DNA of 20,834 nucleotides from a virus (Duplodnaviria; Heunggongvirae; Uroviricota; Caudoviricetes): IMG/VR virus record IMGVR_UViG_3300030310_000016; one strand, 5' to 3'. Shown piece by piece: positions 6,890 to 15,447 of this stretch (position 1 is its first letter; each line of letters starts with the position of its first letter). The notes under the pieces were generated by a model. It saw only the letters and a program-made list of their open reading frames with translations, ran no database searches and was not told where the DNA came from. The position numbers and the translations under genes were made by a program.

Positions 6890-7253
6890 GTGAGTCACCT
6901 CTGACTGAGAGTTTACTCACTTAGCCGCGTGTCCACTATTGCTGGGTAAGATCAGACACCCCCCTGTATTAGACGCACACCAGTCCTGATAAATATAAGG
7001 CTGTCTCGTCAGTGATTCAATACAACTATTGGGTATAGTTTCTGTGATTTTATTCTGTAGAAATGGAACACAACAACCAGTCACCACCAGCACTTCTTTA
7101 AATACGCCAAGTCCGACGCAAGCTAACCTTCTAGTCCGCTTTGAGCGAGAAGCGGAAGTCTCGGTCTTATTATGTTCTGAGACTAGAAGGTATTTCTTAA
7201 GGATGATTATTCGTTACGCCTACATATAATAGAAACAGAAATTTAAAGTTTAA

Positions 7254-7283
7254 ATCTAGGTATCTGGCTAATGATACCTAGAT
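7254..7283 (-). terminator. putative terminator downstream of the 455-aa AT-rich gene
   Basis: Perfect 11-bp inverted repeat ATCTAGGTATC / GATACCTAGAT with an 8-nt loop, about 40 nt past the stop; on the minus strand it is followed by TTAAACTTTAAATTT. Confidence 0.4.
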
Positions 7284-7320
7284 TGAATTTGAATCATATT
7301 TTGTTAGTTAACTTTAACTA

Positions 7321-8688
7321 TTATCTTTCTCCAACATCCTCTTCTAAAACATGATCTATCTTATCTACAGGAAGATTATCATACTTAGAAAAATCAAAAC
7401 CATCGGGAAGTTTATTTTTTGCTGCTTTTAATATTCTTATTGAATCGTTACCGTTTCTAGAGCGATTTCGCCAATAACATTGATTGTTTTTGTTTGCTCC
7501 TTCAAGCAGGGTTAACATTTGCTCGCTTGAGTAATTAGCCAAGTCTTTGTCAATAAATCTATCAAAATATATATCGGCTCGTTCGAAATCAGCACTATTT
7601 ATAAAACAAGCAATTCCAAAATCGCGATACTCTGATTCCAAACCTAATTCGCTGCAAACATTTTTAAAAATTGCCAAATGTTGCTGATTGAGAAAATTCC
7701 CATTATCCCCGTATTTTTTGTAATATTTTTCAGATATTCTTTTTGTTACGCGATTAATGTGTTCCTCCGGCGATTCAGATATAAAAAAGGCTATTCCAAA
7801 ATAAGATATGTTATCTTTTATAATAGGCTTTATGAGTTCTTTTACTGAATCATCCAAGGCGTTATATATTTCTTTCTCCATGGAAATGAACTCAATTAGT
7901 GCCTTAATTGCATCATGGTTATTGGAAATATTGGAGTAATAAGCAGTTTCTGCTTTAACCGAGTCCACCATGGCTTGCCTGTCTTTTTCAAATATCAGTT
8001 TCATAGCTCTGATATTTATCTCTCTATTTTCTAATGGCTTAGCTTCTTCAGATCTAAACGAAAACTTCCACAACCCCTTGAATATCTTAACTAATACTTC
8101 CTTGTTTAAAGATTTAAAATATTTAACATCTAAGTATTTTTTTAGCGCGTTATCGGAAGGGAATAGGTCCTTTACCTTTTCTAGATCTGCAACAAATGTG
8201 GAAAGTATTTTTTGAGACATAAATGGCGGCTTGCTTAATATTACTTCTATACTATTCCTAATGTCACTTCTAATCATTTCCTGTGTTGGCTCGAATAACG
8301 TATCTTCGTCACTTATTACGGGATGGGCAGATAAATGCCTGTGTTTTTGAATAAGTAAAACTTTATGGTTTGAAGCAGTGTCTAATAATTGAGTTCTTTC
8401 AAAAACTCTTTTAATAAGCTCTTTTTCCCATTTAGGAGAGTAAGGATCATCGTTTTGTAGTGCTTCAATTTCTAATAATATCTTTTCCGCAACAGCATCG
8501 TTATGAACATCTCGCAGTTCTTGGAGCTTAAAAATAATATCACATACAACTACTGACCATAGCATCACGGTAGCAGAACGGTAACAACCATTAGCATAGC
8601 TCTTATAAACCTCTTCAAAATATTTTCTAGTTCTTCTATCATAAATTTTACTCTTCTGAGATTCTAATGAGAATATTCTAACGTCCAT
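7321..8688 (-). CDS. candidate anti-phage defence or abortive-infection protein, 455 aa, with an N-terminal HEPN-like R-x4-H motif
   Basis: A long uninterrupted ORF in strikingly AT-rich DNA, against GC-balanced flanking phage genes. GGAGA lies 5 nt upstream of the ATG at 8686..8688; the ORF-track start at 8736 has no ribosome-binding site. The motif KHRHLSAHP has R117 and H122 spaced as R-x4-H, encoded near 8323..8340. It is monocistronic and bracketed by hairpin terminators. Confidence 0.7.
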
Positions 8689-9076
8689 AATTTCTCCATG
8701 AAAAATATTTAACTCAAATAATTGAATATGAATCATGTAGTCATAAATACTTCAAAATTATATTTTTAGCCCACTTAATTCATACAAAACTTCTTTAATA
8801 AACTGATTCAGGCCTCATGCATTATGCTTTTAACAAACTATCCTAACCTTCATAGTGTAAATCTTGATGTTCAATTTTACAATACGCCAAGTTTCCGTAA
8901 ATCAATGAATGCGTCGGATTTTACAATAATTTAAAAGAGATGTTGAATAGTATCCATGAAGTGTAAGGTTAATATACCCAAAACGTCCGCCTCTGGCACA
9001 AAGCGGACAACCACGCTAGCTCTACCCTGTGCCACAAAATGTCAATTTGCATCTGAACTAATGCACTTTAATCTCG

Positions 9077-9499
9077 TCACTTCAATAAATACCGAACATC
9101 ACCCTGATAAAACGACAATATGCGCTGCATAACTTCACTCTTCCGGCACTCGCGACAGATTATGTTCTGACGCCTGTCGTAGCGACGTATTTCTCCGTCA
9201 GGTAATGACCAGATAAGGTCCGGATCAACCGCAGATGGTTTCTTCAGCTTTGCCCTTGAGAGCTTTTTACGGGCATTTTGCCAGTCCTTACGCGCCTGTT
9301 CAGACGGGAATAACCCGTAACCAGAGTTGTATACATCGCCGCTGGCAACCAGCTCTCTTGCGAGAACGCTCATCAGATATCTTGTCGCATCTGTCTTGAC
9401 TTCCAGTTGCCGTAACGTCTCGCGTCCACTCCGGCGTACTAGCTCAACAACCTGCCCTTTAATTTTTTCCCGCTCTTCCTGTGTAAAAACTTTTGCCAT
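9077..9499 (-). CDS. phage protein of unknown function (140 aa), coupled to the replication operon
   Basis: The ATG at 9497..9499 (MAKVFTQEE...) is preceded by GGAGG; the ORF-track start at 9514 is a TTG abutting the upstream stop. Basic C-terminus with CxxC (CRECRK). Confidence 0.6.
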   Translation of the reverse strand: MAKVFTQEEREKIKGQVVELVRRSGRETLRQLEVKTDATRYLMSVLARELVASGDVYNSGYGLFPSEQARKDWQNARKKLSRAKLKKPSAVDPDLIWSLPDGEIRRYDRRQNIICRECRKSEVMQRILSFYQGDVRYLLK

Positions 9500-9514
9500 A
9501 AGCGCCTCCGGCAA

Positions 9515-10276
9515 TCACTTTTCCGACACAATACGACTGGAGGAATCGACAATCTGTCGGACAATATCCCGGTGCTTGTTCAGCTCCCGCAGCGCGGCGC
9601 AGACTCGCTCCCACTTCTGGACATGATTTTTCGCCCGACGCAGTTCGCGGTTTGCCATATGCAGCGATGGTAAAACCAGGTCATCCGCTTGCGTTTCAGT
9701 AAACGATGGCAGCGACTGCACAATGTCCGCCACAGTTTCTGTTTTAATATCTTCCTGTGTTGCCGCTTCCTGTACTGGTAACGCAACACCGGCTGGCTGA
9801 GGAAAGGCTTTACCATCAGTTTCCGCTACCGATGCAGCTTTCGGCTCTGCTGGTAAATTATCGCCCGGCATGCAGTAACGAAATTTACCGTTCTGATTAA
9901 CGCGAATCAGACGACCTTTACTGATTGCCATTGCCAGCGTTGAAGCCACTTTGCGTGATGTGATGCCGAAAAACGTAGCCAGTTCATCCGCCGTTTGTGG
10001 GCCACGTTGTTCAATCGTCGCAGTTAAATCGCACTCCGAAATTTTTGCGACTGTTGCCGTGGTGGTTTCTTCCGGCAGTTCTGCCTGCTCTGGCTGTTCC
10101 TGCTGAACGTTGTTATCAGCCACGCGCCAGGTGTATACGCTTTTATCAACGAATCCAGCCTTTTTCAGTTCCCACAGCTCGTTCAGCACTTCTTCACGAC
10201 TGATATCAAGTCGCGCAGCCAGTTCTACCGACGTAGCTTTCCCCATTGCTTTCAGTGCGTCAAAAACAGTCTCCAT
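9515..10276 (-). CDS. phage protein with probable tandem winged-helix domains (253 aa), downstream of the DnaC-like gene
   Basis: The ATG at 10274..10276 ([43 protein letters not shown]...) has GGGAGA upstream. Two HTH-like segments separated by an acidic Gln/Glu/Pro-rich linker. Confidence 0.6.
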   Translation of the reverse strand: METVFDALKAMGKATSVELAARLDISREEVLNELWELKKAGFVDKSVYTWRVADNNVQQEQPEQAELPEETTTATVAKISECDLTATIEQRGPQTADELATFFGITSRKVASTLAMAISKGRLIRVNQNGKFRYCMPGDNLPAEPKAASVAETDGKAFPQPAGVALPVQEAATQEDIKTETVADIVQSLPSFTETQADDLVLPSLHMANRELRRAKNHVQKWERVCAALRELNKHRDIVRQIVDSSSRIVSEK

Positions 10277-10298
10277 TAAATTTTTCTCCCGGTAAAAA

Positions 10299-11045
10299 TT
10301 ACTTCGCAATTCCTGGCTGGACGACATTCGGACGCCAGCTCTCCCAGTTAAAATTCACCCATCGCCCGCCGTTCATGGTCATGCGATCCATAATCCGCTC
10401 GCCGAGCAATGTTTTCATGGCCTCATAGTTCAGGTTTGTCAGCATTCCCACGCTACGCATCGACGCTGTCCGTCGATCAATAATCTGGTGCAGTACCACC
10501 TGCTCGTTTTTCGTCTCGCGCTGAATGCCAATTTCATCAAGAACCAGCAGATCCACTTCGCACAGTTCCCGCAAAAATTTTTCGCCTGACTGCCCGTCGT
10601 CATAGCTGGCGTGGAGGGCACTCATAACATCAGCCACGGTAACCACAATCACTGTCTGACCGTCTTTCAGCAGGCGATTCCCGATAGCTGCCGCTAAGTG
10701 ATTCTTCCCGGTACCAGGTTTTCCGCTGAACGCAAAATTTGTACACCCGGTCATCAGTTCATCAGCGATGGATTTCGCCTGACTCAACGCGTATCGCTGC
10801 CCTTCGTTCTGCACCTGGTAATTCGAAAACGAGCATTTGCGGTGCAATGGCTGGATGCCAGAGCGATTCAGAATTTTTTCCACCCGCAACTGACGATTCT
10901 GACGGTTGATCTCCTCACAACGTTTCTGGCCTTCGGAAAGTTGCCACTCGCGCCACTCCGCTACCGTCTTGAATGGCGCGGTTACATGTGACGGGGCCAG
11001 TCTGCGGATACGTTCAAGAACGTCGCCTGTCGCAATATTTTTCAT
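10299..11045 (-). CDS. ydaV: DnaC-like replicative helicase loader (lambda P analog; YdaV-like), 248 aa
   Basis: Walker [16 protein letters not shown], Walker B LLVLDEIG and an IstB/DnaC-like layout; it sits immediately downstream of the O-like gene. Confidence 0.85.
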   Translation of the reverse strand: MKNIATGDVLERIRRLAPSHVTAPFKTVAEWREWQLSEGQKRCEEINRQNRQLRVEKILNRSGIQPLHRKCSFSNYQVQNEGQRYALSQAKSIADELMTGCTNFAFSGKPGTGKNHLAAAIGNRLLKDGQTVIVVTVADVMSALHASYDDGQSGEKFLRELCEVDLLVLDEIGIQRETKNEQVVLHQIIDRRTASMRSVGMLTNLNYEAMKTLLGERIMDRMTMNGGRWVNFNWESWRPNVVQPGIAK

Positions 11046-11051
11046 GGTCAG

Positions 11052-11840
11052 TTACCCCCTGAAGCCTGGCGGGATCGCACTATCCGGTAACGAGACGGTG
11101 TTAACCTGTCGGAGTAACGTCTCAGGTCGAACACCTTTCGGCGCGAACAAGCCCTGGTATTCGTTGGCGATGCTGTGTCGAATCACCTGCTCAGGTGAAA
11201 AACCCTGCTGGCGGAATTTTTCCAGCTCCCGTATCGCCCCGTTAGCGCCCTGCTCCGTTCGAATCGGTTTTCGCAATGCCTGCCTGAACTGAACCCACTC
11301 ATGCCAGAGTGTTTCCGGCAACCAGTCAGGCAGCTCGATAGCCTCCGGTTCGAATTTTTTAGACGCTCGTTTTTGGCGAGGGGGATTTAGGGGGAGATAA
11401 GTATTTATATCTTCCTCTTTCTCTTCCTCTGGTAACGCTTTTTGATCCGTTTTTGTAACGCTGGCAGCGTTACCTTTTCGTTTCAGTTCTCGTATTTTTG
11501 TTACTCTCTCGTTTGTAACCGCCCGTTTTTTAGAGCTTTTCCCGTTATGGCGCTCAAAGTTAGGAAGCGACAACACACCATTAGTTTCGACCAGCCATCC
11601 AACCTGAATTAACGCATCAGCAAAACCAGCCATAAAAGTGATGCGATCTATTGCACTTTTTGTAACGCCGCGAGCGTTACACTCTGCGTTACCGTCTATC
11701 ATTTGTTGATCCGCCCATGCCCAGAAGCGAATGACTTTCCCTAATGCGGCATCTGGATCAATATTCAGAATCTCAGCAAGCCTGAATATTTCCGGCTTAT
11801 CCGGCGTAATAACTTCGAGCTTTATCCAGTTTGAAGCCAT
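11052..11840 (-). CDS. ydaU: replication initiator, phage O-like (YdaU-like), 262 aa
   Basis: Position upstream of the DnaC-like loader, N-terminal region typical of O-like initiators, and the gene carries internal palindromic 19-mers (see repeat features). Confidence 0.7.
   Translation of the reverse strand: MASNWIKLEVITPDKPEIFRLAEILNIDPDAALGKVIRFWAWADQQMIDGNAECNARGVTKSAIDRITFMAGFADALIQVGWLVETNGVLSLPNFERHNGKSSKKRAVTNERVTKIRELKRKGNAASVTKTDQKALPEEEKEEDINTYLPLNPPRQKRASKKFEPEAIELPDWLPETLWHEWVQFRQALRKPIRTEQGANGAIRELEKFRQQGFSPEQVIRHSIANEYQGLFAPKGVRPETLLRQVNTVSLPDSAIPPGFRG
11455..11473. repeat. 19-bp palindrome GTAACGC-n5-GCGTTAC, copy 1 (inside the O-like gene)
   Basis: GTAACGCTGGCAGCGTTAC; read directly from the sequence. 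Confidence 0.6.
11662..11680. repeat. 19-bp palindrome GTAACGC-n5-GCGTTAC, copy 2 (inside the O-like gene)
   Basis: GTAACGCCGCGAGCGTTAC, with an extra GCGTTACC half-site at 11686..11693. Confidence 0.6.
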
Positions 11841-11853
11841 TTGTTTTCACCTT

Positions 11854-11872
11854 GTAACGCTCGCAGCGTTAC
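11854..11872. repeat. 19-bp palindrome GTAACGC-n5-GCGTTAC, copy 3 (14 bp upstream of the O-like gene start)
   Basis: GTAACGCTCGCAGCGTTAC in the ydaT-ydaU intergenic region. Confidence 0.6.
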
Positions 11873-11917
11873 ATTTAACTGATACCGAACAAAACAGTTC
11901 GGTACGATTAATTTCAA

Positions 11918-12340
11918 TCAATGCACTACGACAGAATCGCTAGGAGAACCGCCGCCGCTGAAATGTGCTTTACGGTAAACGGCCTGGACTGCATCATCAT
12001 GCGCATCAATTGCCGTACTCAGTGCATCCTGTGCCGCCAGTAATGCACGGCGTTCCAGGGTATCGAAGATGCAGAGTCGGTGACGCAGCTCGCGAGGAAG
12101 AATTGCCAGAACCGCAGGGATCAGTTTCTGAATTTTTTCCCTTTGCGCATTCGTTTCACCTTTCAACCAACGATGATAGATATTCTGCTGATTGTTCCAG
12201 TCCTTGCCTGGTACCAGGGGCAATTCGCCGCCCCCCTGGCGCAGATATTCTTCAGTAATTGCGTTAGCGACCCACGCCTGCCCTTTTTCGGCTGCCAGGG
12301 CTAACAACACTGATTCGATGTGCTCATGCTTGATTTTCAT
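11918..12340 (-). CDS. ydaT: YdaT (Rac prophage protein; reported CII-like regulator or toxic protein), 140 aa
   Basis: The translation MKIKHEHIESVLLALAAEKGQAWVANAITEEYLRQGGGELPLVPGKDWNN... matches my recollection of E. coli K-12 YdaT in length and sequence. Confidence 0.8.
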   Translation of the reverse strand: MKIKHEHIESVLLALAAEKGQAWVANAITEEYLRQGGGELPLVPGKDWNNQQNIYHRWLKGETNAQREKIQKLIPAVLAILPRELRHRLCIFDTLERRALLAAQDALSTAIDAHDDAVQAVYRKAHFSGGGSPSDSVVVH

Positions 12341-12591
12341 GAATCAACTCCCATCAGCTTTTTCGTAGTAGTTTTATTTCTGCCAATAGTTAAAATTGCA
12401 TCGGCAGAAAATAATCCGTTTGATGCATGAGCGATTTTTTCAGCGTAATTTGTTTCGCCGGTATATTCTGTGCGAGGCAATTTTCCGTTATCCATCCATT
12501 TGTAGATTGCTCTTTGGCTGACACCACAAACGTCGGCCACAACAGAAACGCGAACAGTTTTGATTACATCTTCAAGTGTTTTCTGGTTCAT
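12337..12591 (-). CDS. ydaS: YdaS-like Cro-type HTH regulator (84 aa from MNQKTLEDV...)
   Basis: HTH segment VADVCGVSQRAIYKWMDNGKLP. The ATG at 12589..12591 has GAGGGTG upstream; the longer ORF-track start at 12663 would abut the divergent repressor start and lacks a ribosome-binding site. Confidence 0.65.
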   Translation of the reverse strand: MNQKTLEDVIKTVRVSVVADVCGVSQRAIYKWMDNGKLPRTEYTGETNYAEKIAHASNGLFSADAILTIGRNKTTTKKLMGVDS

Positions 12592-12607
12592 ATCACCCTC
12601 ACAATGT

Positions 12608-12644
12608 GAACTTTGAGTACATGCTATAACAGAACTGACAGTAC
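12608..12644. promoter_or_regulatory. divergent-promoter operator region with two direct repeats GAACTnnnAGTAC
   Basis: GAACTTTGAGTAC (12608..12620) and GAACTGACAGTAC (12632..12644), 24 bp apart, lie between the divergent racR-like and ydaS-like starts. Confidence 0.3.
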
Positions 12645-12670
12645 ATTCAAGAGCGAATATCATTGAACTT

Positions 12671-13090
12671 ATGGTTCATGAAGATAAAGCGCGTAAAGAG
12701 TTCGCCAGTAGGCTTGCGCTAGCCTGTGAAAACGCTGGTTATGAACAACATGGAAGGCAGGCAGAAATTGCCCGTCGAATGAAATTAACACCAAAAGCGG
12801 TTAGCAAATGGTTTAATGGTGAAACAATTCCTCGCCGAGAGAAATTAAGGGAATTAGCAACACTCATTGGAACAACACCAACCTATCTTTTGGGAGAGGA
12901 TACAGAAGAAAGTGGACAGATACGTTTCTATCAGGAGTTAAATCCAAGACAAAAAATCATCATTGACCTTCTGGACGAGCTCCCTGACAGTGAGACAGAT
13001 GAACTTTTAAAAACTCTTGAGGAGAAAAAACAGAAGTACAATGCAATTTACGAAGAGTTAGCACGAAAGAAAAAACAAAAAGCCTCTTAA
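12671..13090 (+). CDS. racR: RacR-like prophage repressor (XRE-family HTH, CI analog), 139 aa
   Basis: HTH GRQAEIARRMKLTPKAVSKWFNGETIP; divergent from ydaS/ydaT as in Rac. My recollection of K-12 RacR is 158 aa, so this may be a shorter homolog or the true start may differ. Confidence 0.7.
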   Translation: MVHEDKARKEFASRLALACENAGYEQHGRQAEIARRMKLTPKAVSKWFNGETIPRREKLRELATLIGTTPTYLLGEDTEESGQIRFYQELNPRQKIIIDLLDELPDSETDELLKTLEEKKQKYNAIYEELARKKKQKAS

Positions 13091-13377
13091 ACCAGCATAA
13101 ATCCGGTAGCGTCCCCCTCCGGGTTTGTGCTTCACTTTATCCCGTCTCATTTTTTTATACATAAAATGTACTTAAAGTACTTTACAATGATGAACACAAA
13201 GTACATTATATACCTACCAACCCACCCCGCCCCACAGAACGCCGGGCAATACTTCGAGTTACCAGGCAGTGGTCAGGGGTTAAGTAGCCAGCCCGAGGCG
13301 TATGAACATGACGGCGGGATTCAAATTTTGCAGTGCAGCAGTTAGTTCCGCCACCCGGCGTTAAGGGGATAGATAAG

Positions 13378-13512
13378 ATGGTGCATTACGAAGTAGTTCA
13401 GTATTTGATGGATTGTTGCGGTATCACTTACAACCAGGCTGTGCAGGCTTTACGCAGCAACGACTGGGATCTCTGGCAGGCAGAAGTCGCTATACGTAGC
13501 AACAAGATGTGA
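13378..13512 (+). CDS. ydaG: YdaG-like small protein (44 aa, MVHYEVVQYLMDCCGITYNQAVQALRSNDWDLWQAEVAIRSNKM)
   Basis: ATG preceded by AAGGGGATAGATAAG; hand-translated because it is below the ORF-track cutoff. Length and position between racR and sieB match Rac ydaG. Confidence 0.55.
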   Translation: MVHYEVVQYLMDCCGITYNQAVQALRSNDWDLWQAEVAIRSNKM

Positions 13513-13522
13513 GATTCGCAAA

Positions 13523-13678
13523 ATGCAAAAAATCGACCTCGGCAACAACGAATCCCTGGTGTGCGGCGTGTTCCCCAACCAGGATGGAACGTTCACTGCC
13601 ATGACGTATACCAAAAGCAAAACATTTAAAACCGAAACTGGTGCGCGCCGATGGTTGGAGAAGCACACAGTAAGCTAA
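13523..13678 (+). CDS. ydaF: YdaF-like small protein (51 aa, MQKIDLGNNESLVCGVFPNQDGTFTAMTYTKSKTFKTETGARRWLEKHTVS)
   Basis: Hand-translated; its 3' end converges on sieB. Length and position match Rac ydaF. Confidence 0.55.
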   Translation: MQKIDLGNNESLVCGVFPNQDGTFTAMTYTKSKTFKTETGARRWLEKHTVS

Positions 13679-14163
13679 CGATTAAAACGTCTACTCCTGC
13701 TGTTCCAGAATAACTTCATAAAATGGGAGTATTTTTCGGTGACGAGATAATAAGAACAGTTTGCGCTATCACTCTGATGTTGAATGATGCCCTTCCGTTC
13801 TAATTTTTTCATAACCGGGTTACGGCAAGGAGAAGTGATAATAAGATTTCCTGTTTTAAGGAAATCTTTAAATACAGCGATTTCTTTCTCAGATAAACGA
13901 AGCAATACTCGTTGCTCTGGTAGTAATGAATAATGCTTTTGAATATGTGCTCGCAATCTTGAGAAGGAAATGGCGACCACGAAAGAAAAGGCAAAAACGA
14001 TAATCTGAAAGAGCCAAGGTATTTCAGTATAAGCATTGAATGCGGCAGTAAACTCTTTCGGTATCAGCCAGAGAGTGAGACCAAAAATGATAATCGTATA
14101 CATAAGTCTTTCGAGTGGCTCGTTAGCAAAAAGTTTCAACAATGGAGTAAATACATCCAACAT
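13675..14163 (-). CDS. sieB: superinfection exclusion protein B (SieB), 162 aa
   Basis: MLDVFTPLLKLFANEPLERLMYTIIIFGLTLWLIPKEF... with TM segments; recognised as Rac/lambda-type SieB. The ATG at 14161..14163 is the true start; the ORF-track N-terminal extension is unlikely. Confidence 0.85.
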   Translation of the reverse strand: MLDVFTPLLKLFANEPLERLMYTIIIFGLTLWLIPKEFTAAFNAYTEIPWLFQIIVFAFSFVVAISFSRLRAHIQKHYSLLPEQRVLLRLSEKEIAVFKDFLKTGNLIITSPCRNPVMKKLERKGIIQHQSDSANCSYYLVTEKYSHFMKLFWNSRSRRFNR

Positions 14164-14604
14164 ATCAATAACTCTCAACTGTAAGGGTATTGAAATGTTA
14201 ACACAAGCTCTCGCTGTAGGGGTATAGCCGAGACCACCGAAGTCCGGAGGTGGTGAAATAAAACCGGGCACAACACGAAGGCGCATTTCCGATATCCATA
14301 AAGAGTCGGTCTTGTCTGTTAAATTTAAATGGTGGGAGTGCGCCTCCGGTTGTAAATAACGACATTGCTGTGTGTAGTCCTGGCGGCATCAGTTTTTTTC
14401 TTGAAGTTCGGCTGATGTCCGCCCTTTTTAAAGTGAATTTTGTGATGCGGTGAATGCGGCTAAGCGCACGTGGCACAGTTAAAAGTCATGTTAGTCCTTA
14501 TTGGTTTGGGTGGGAAAGCCGACTGTAATTGTTAACTGGTTGCAGTCACCTGGAGGCACCAGGCACCGCATCAACAAAGTTCATTTGTAAAAATGGAGAT
14601 AATT

Positions 14605-14826
14605 ATGATTGCACATCACTTCGGAACTGATGAAATACCACGTCAGTGTGTGACTCCTGGCGATTATGTTCTTCATGAAGGCCGGACATATATTGCCTCG
14701 GCAAACAATATTAAAAAGCGAAAACTATATATTCGTAACCTGACCACAAAAACATGCATTACTGACCGCATGATTAAAGTCTTCCTCGGTCGTGATGGTT
14801 TACCTGTAAAGGCGGAGTCATGGTGA
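14605..14826 (+). CDS. kilR: KilR (FtsZ-targeting cell-division inhibitor of Rac), 73 aa
   Basis: [73 protein letters not shown]; GGAG lies 7 nt upstream of the ATG at 14605. Confidence 0.85.
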   Translation: MIAHHFGTDEIPRQCVTPGDYVLHEGRTYIASANNIKKRKLYIRNLTTKTCITDRMIKVFLGRDGLPVKAESW

Positions 14827-14996
14827 TGACTAAGAAAATAAAATGTGCTTACCACCTTTGCAAAAAAGACGTTGAAGAAAGCAAAGCTATTGAAAGAATG
14901 CTTCACTTCATGCACGGGATTTTATCAAAAGACGAACCGAGAAAATATTGCAGTGAAGCTTGTGCCGAAAAAGACCAGATGGCACATGAACTTTAA
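14826..14996 (+). CDS. ydaE: YdaE-like small Cys/His-rich (zinc-binding type) protein, 56 aa
   Basis: Hand-translated [56 protein letters not shown]; its start overlaps the kilR stop (TGATG). Confidence 0.65.
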   Translation: MTKKIKCAYHLCKKDVEESKAIERMLHFMHGILSKDEPRKYCSEACAEKDQMAHEL

Positions 14997-15070
14997 TTAA
15001 TTGACTATTCGAAACTGAATTTATGCCAGAAATGGCAGGTATTCGCTCAACCTTAATTAAGGAGAAAAAC

Positions 15071-15346
15071 ATGATTACCAATTATGAAGCCACTGTTGTA
15101 ACTACCGATGACATTGTTCACGAGGTGAATCTGGAAGGAAAGCGCATTGGCTACGTAATTAAAACAGAAAATAAAGAAACCCCATTCACTGTGGTTGATA
15201 TCGATGGTCCATCAGGCAACATAAAAACACTTGATGAAGGTGTCAAAAAAATGTGCCTGGTGCATATCGGAAAGAATCTGCCCGCAGAAAAAAAAGCCGA
15301 ATTTCTGGCAACTCTAATTGCAATGAAATTAAAAGGTGAAATCTGA
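15071..15346 (+). CDS. racC: RacC, 91 aa
   Basis: MITNYEATVVTTDDIVHEVNLEGKRIGYVIKTENK... with AAGGAG upstream of the ATG at 15071; located immediately upstream of recE as in Rac. Confidence 0.8.
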   Translation: MITNYEATVVTTDDIVHEVNLEGKRIGYVIKTENKETPFTVVDIDGPSGNIKTLDEGVKKMCLVHIGKNLPAEKKAEFLATLIAMKLKGEI

Positions 15347-15447
15347 AAGAAATAGCCTGCGTATGGCGCAGGCTATGAACAGTGTGTATCCGGCAAGATC
15401 ATTCACTGAACAAAACGAATTTTAATCTGAGTTGAGGTTAAAAAACA

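Larger units (their letters stand above)
5697..6954 (-). mobile_element. IS3 insertion sequence, complete (1258 bp), flanked by a 3-bp direct repeat GAC
   Basis: Termini TGATCCTACCCACGTAATATGGACAC... (5697 onward) and ...GCTGGGTAAGATCA (ending 6954) match the IS3 ends as I recall them. It carries orfA and orfB in the -1 frameshift arrangement. GAC occurs at 5694..5696 and again at 6955..6957. Confidence 0.9.

Noticed and set aside
7029-7229. 66-aa plus-strand ORF next to IS3
   Set aside because: No start signal, and it spans the nested palindromes; more likely non-coding.
8689-8736. N-terminal 16-codon extension of the 455-aa gene (ORF-track start at 8736)
   Set aside because: No ribosome-binding site precedes it, whereas the internal ATG at 8686..8688 has GGAGA at good spacing.
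13450-13668. 72-aa minus-strand ORF between racR and sieB
   Set aside because: It is antisense to the hand-identified ydaG-like and ydaF-like small genes, which have proper starts and match Rac gene order.
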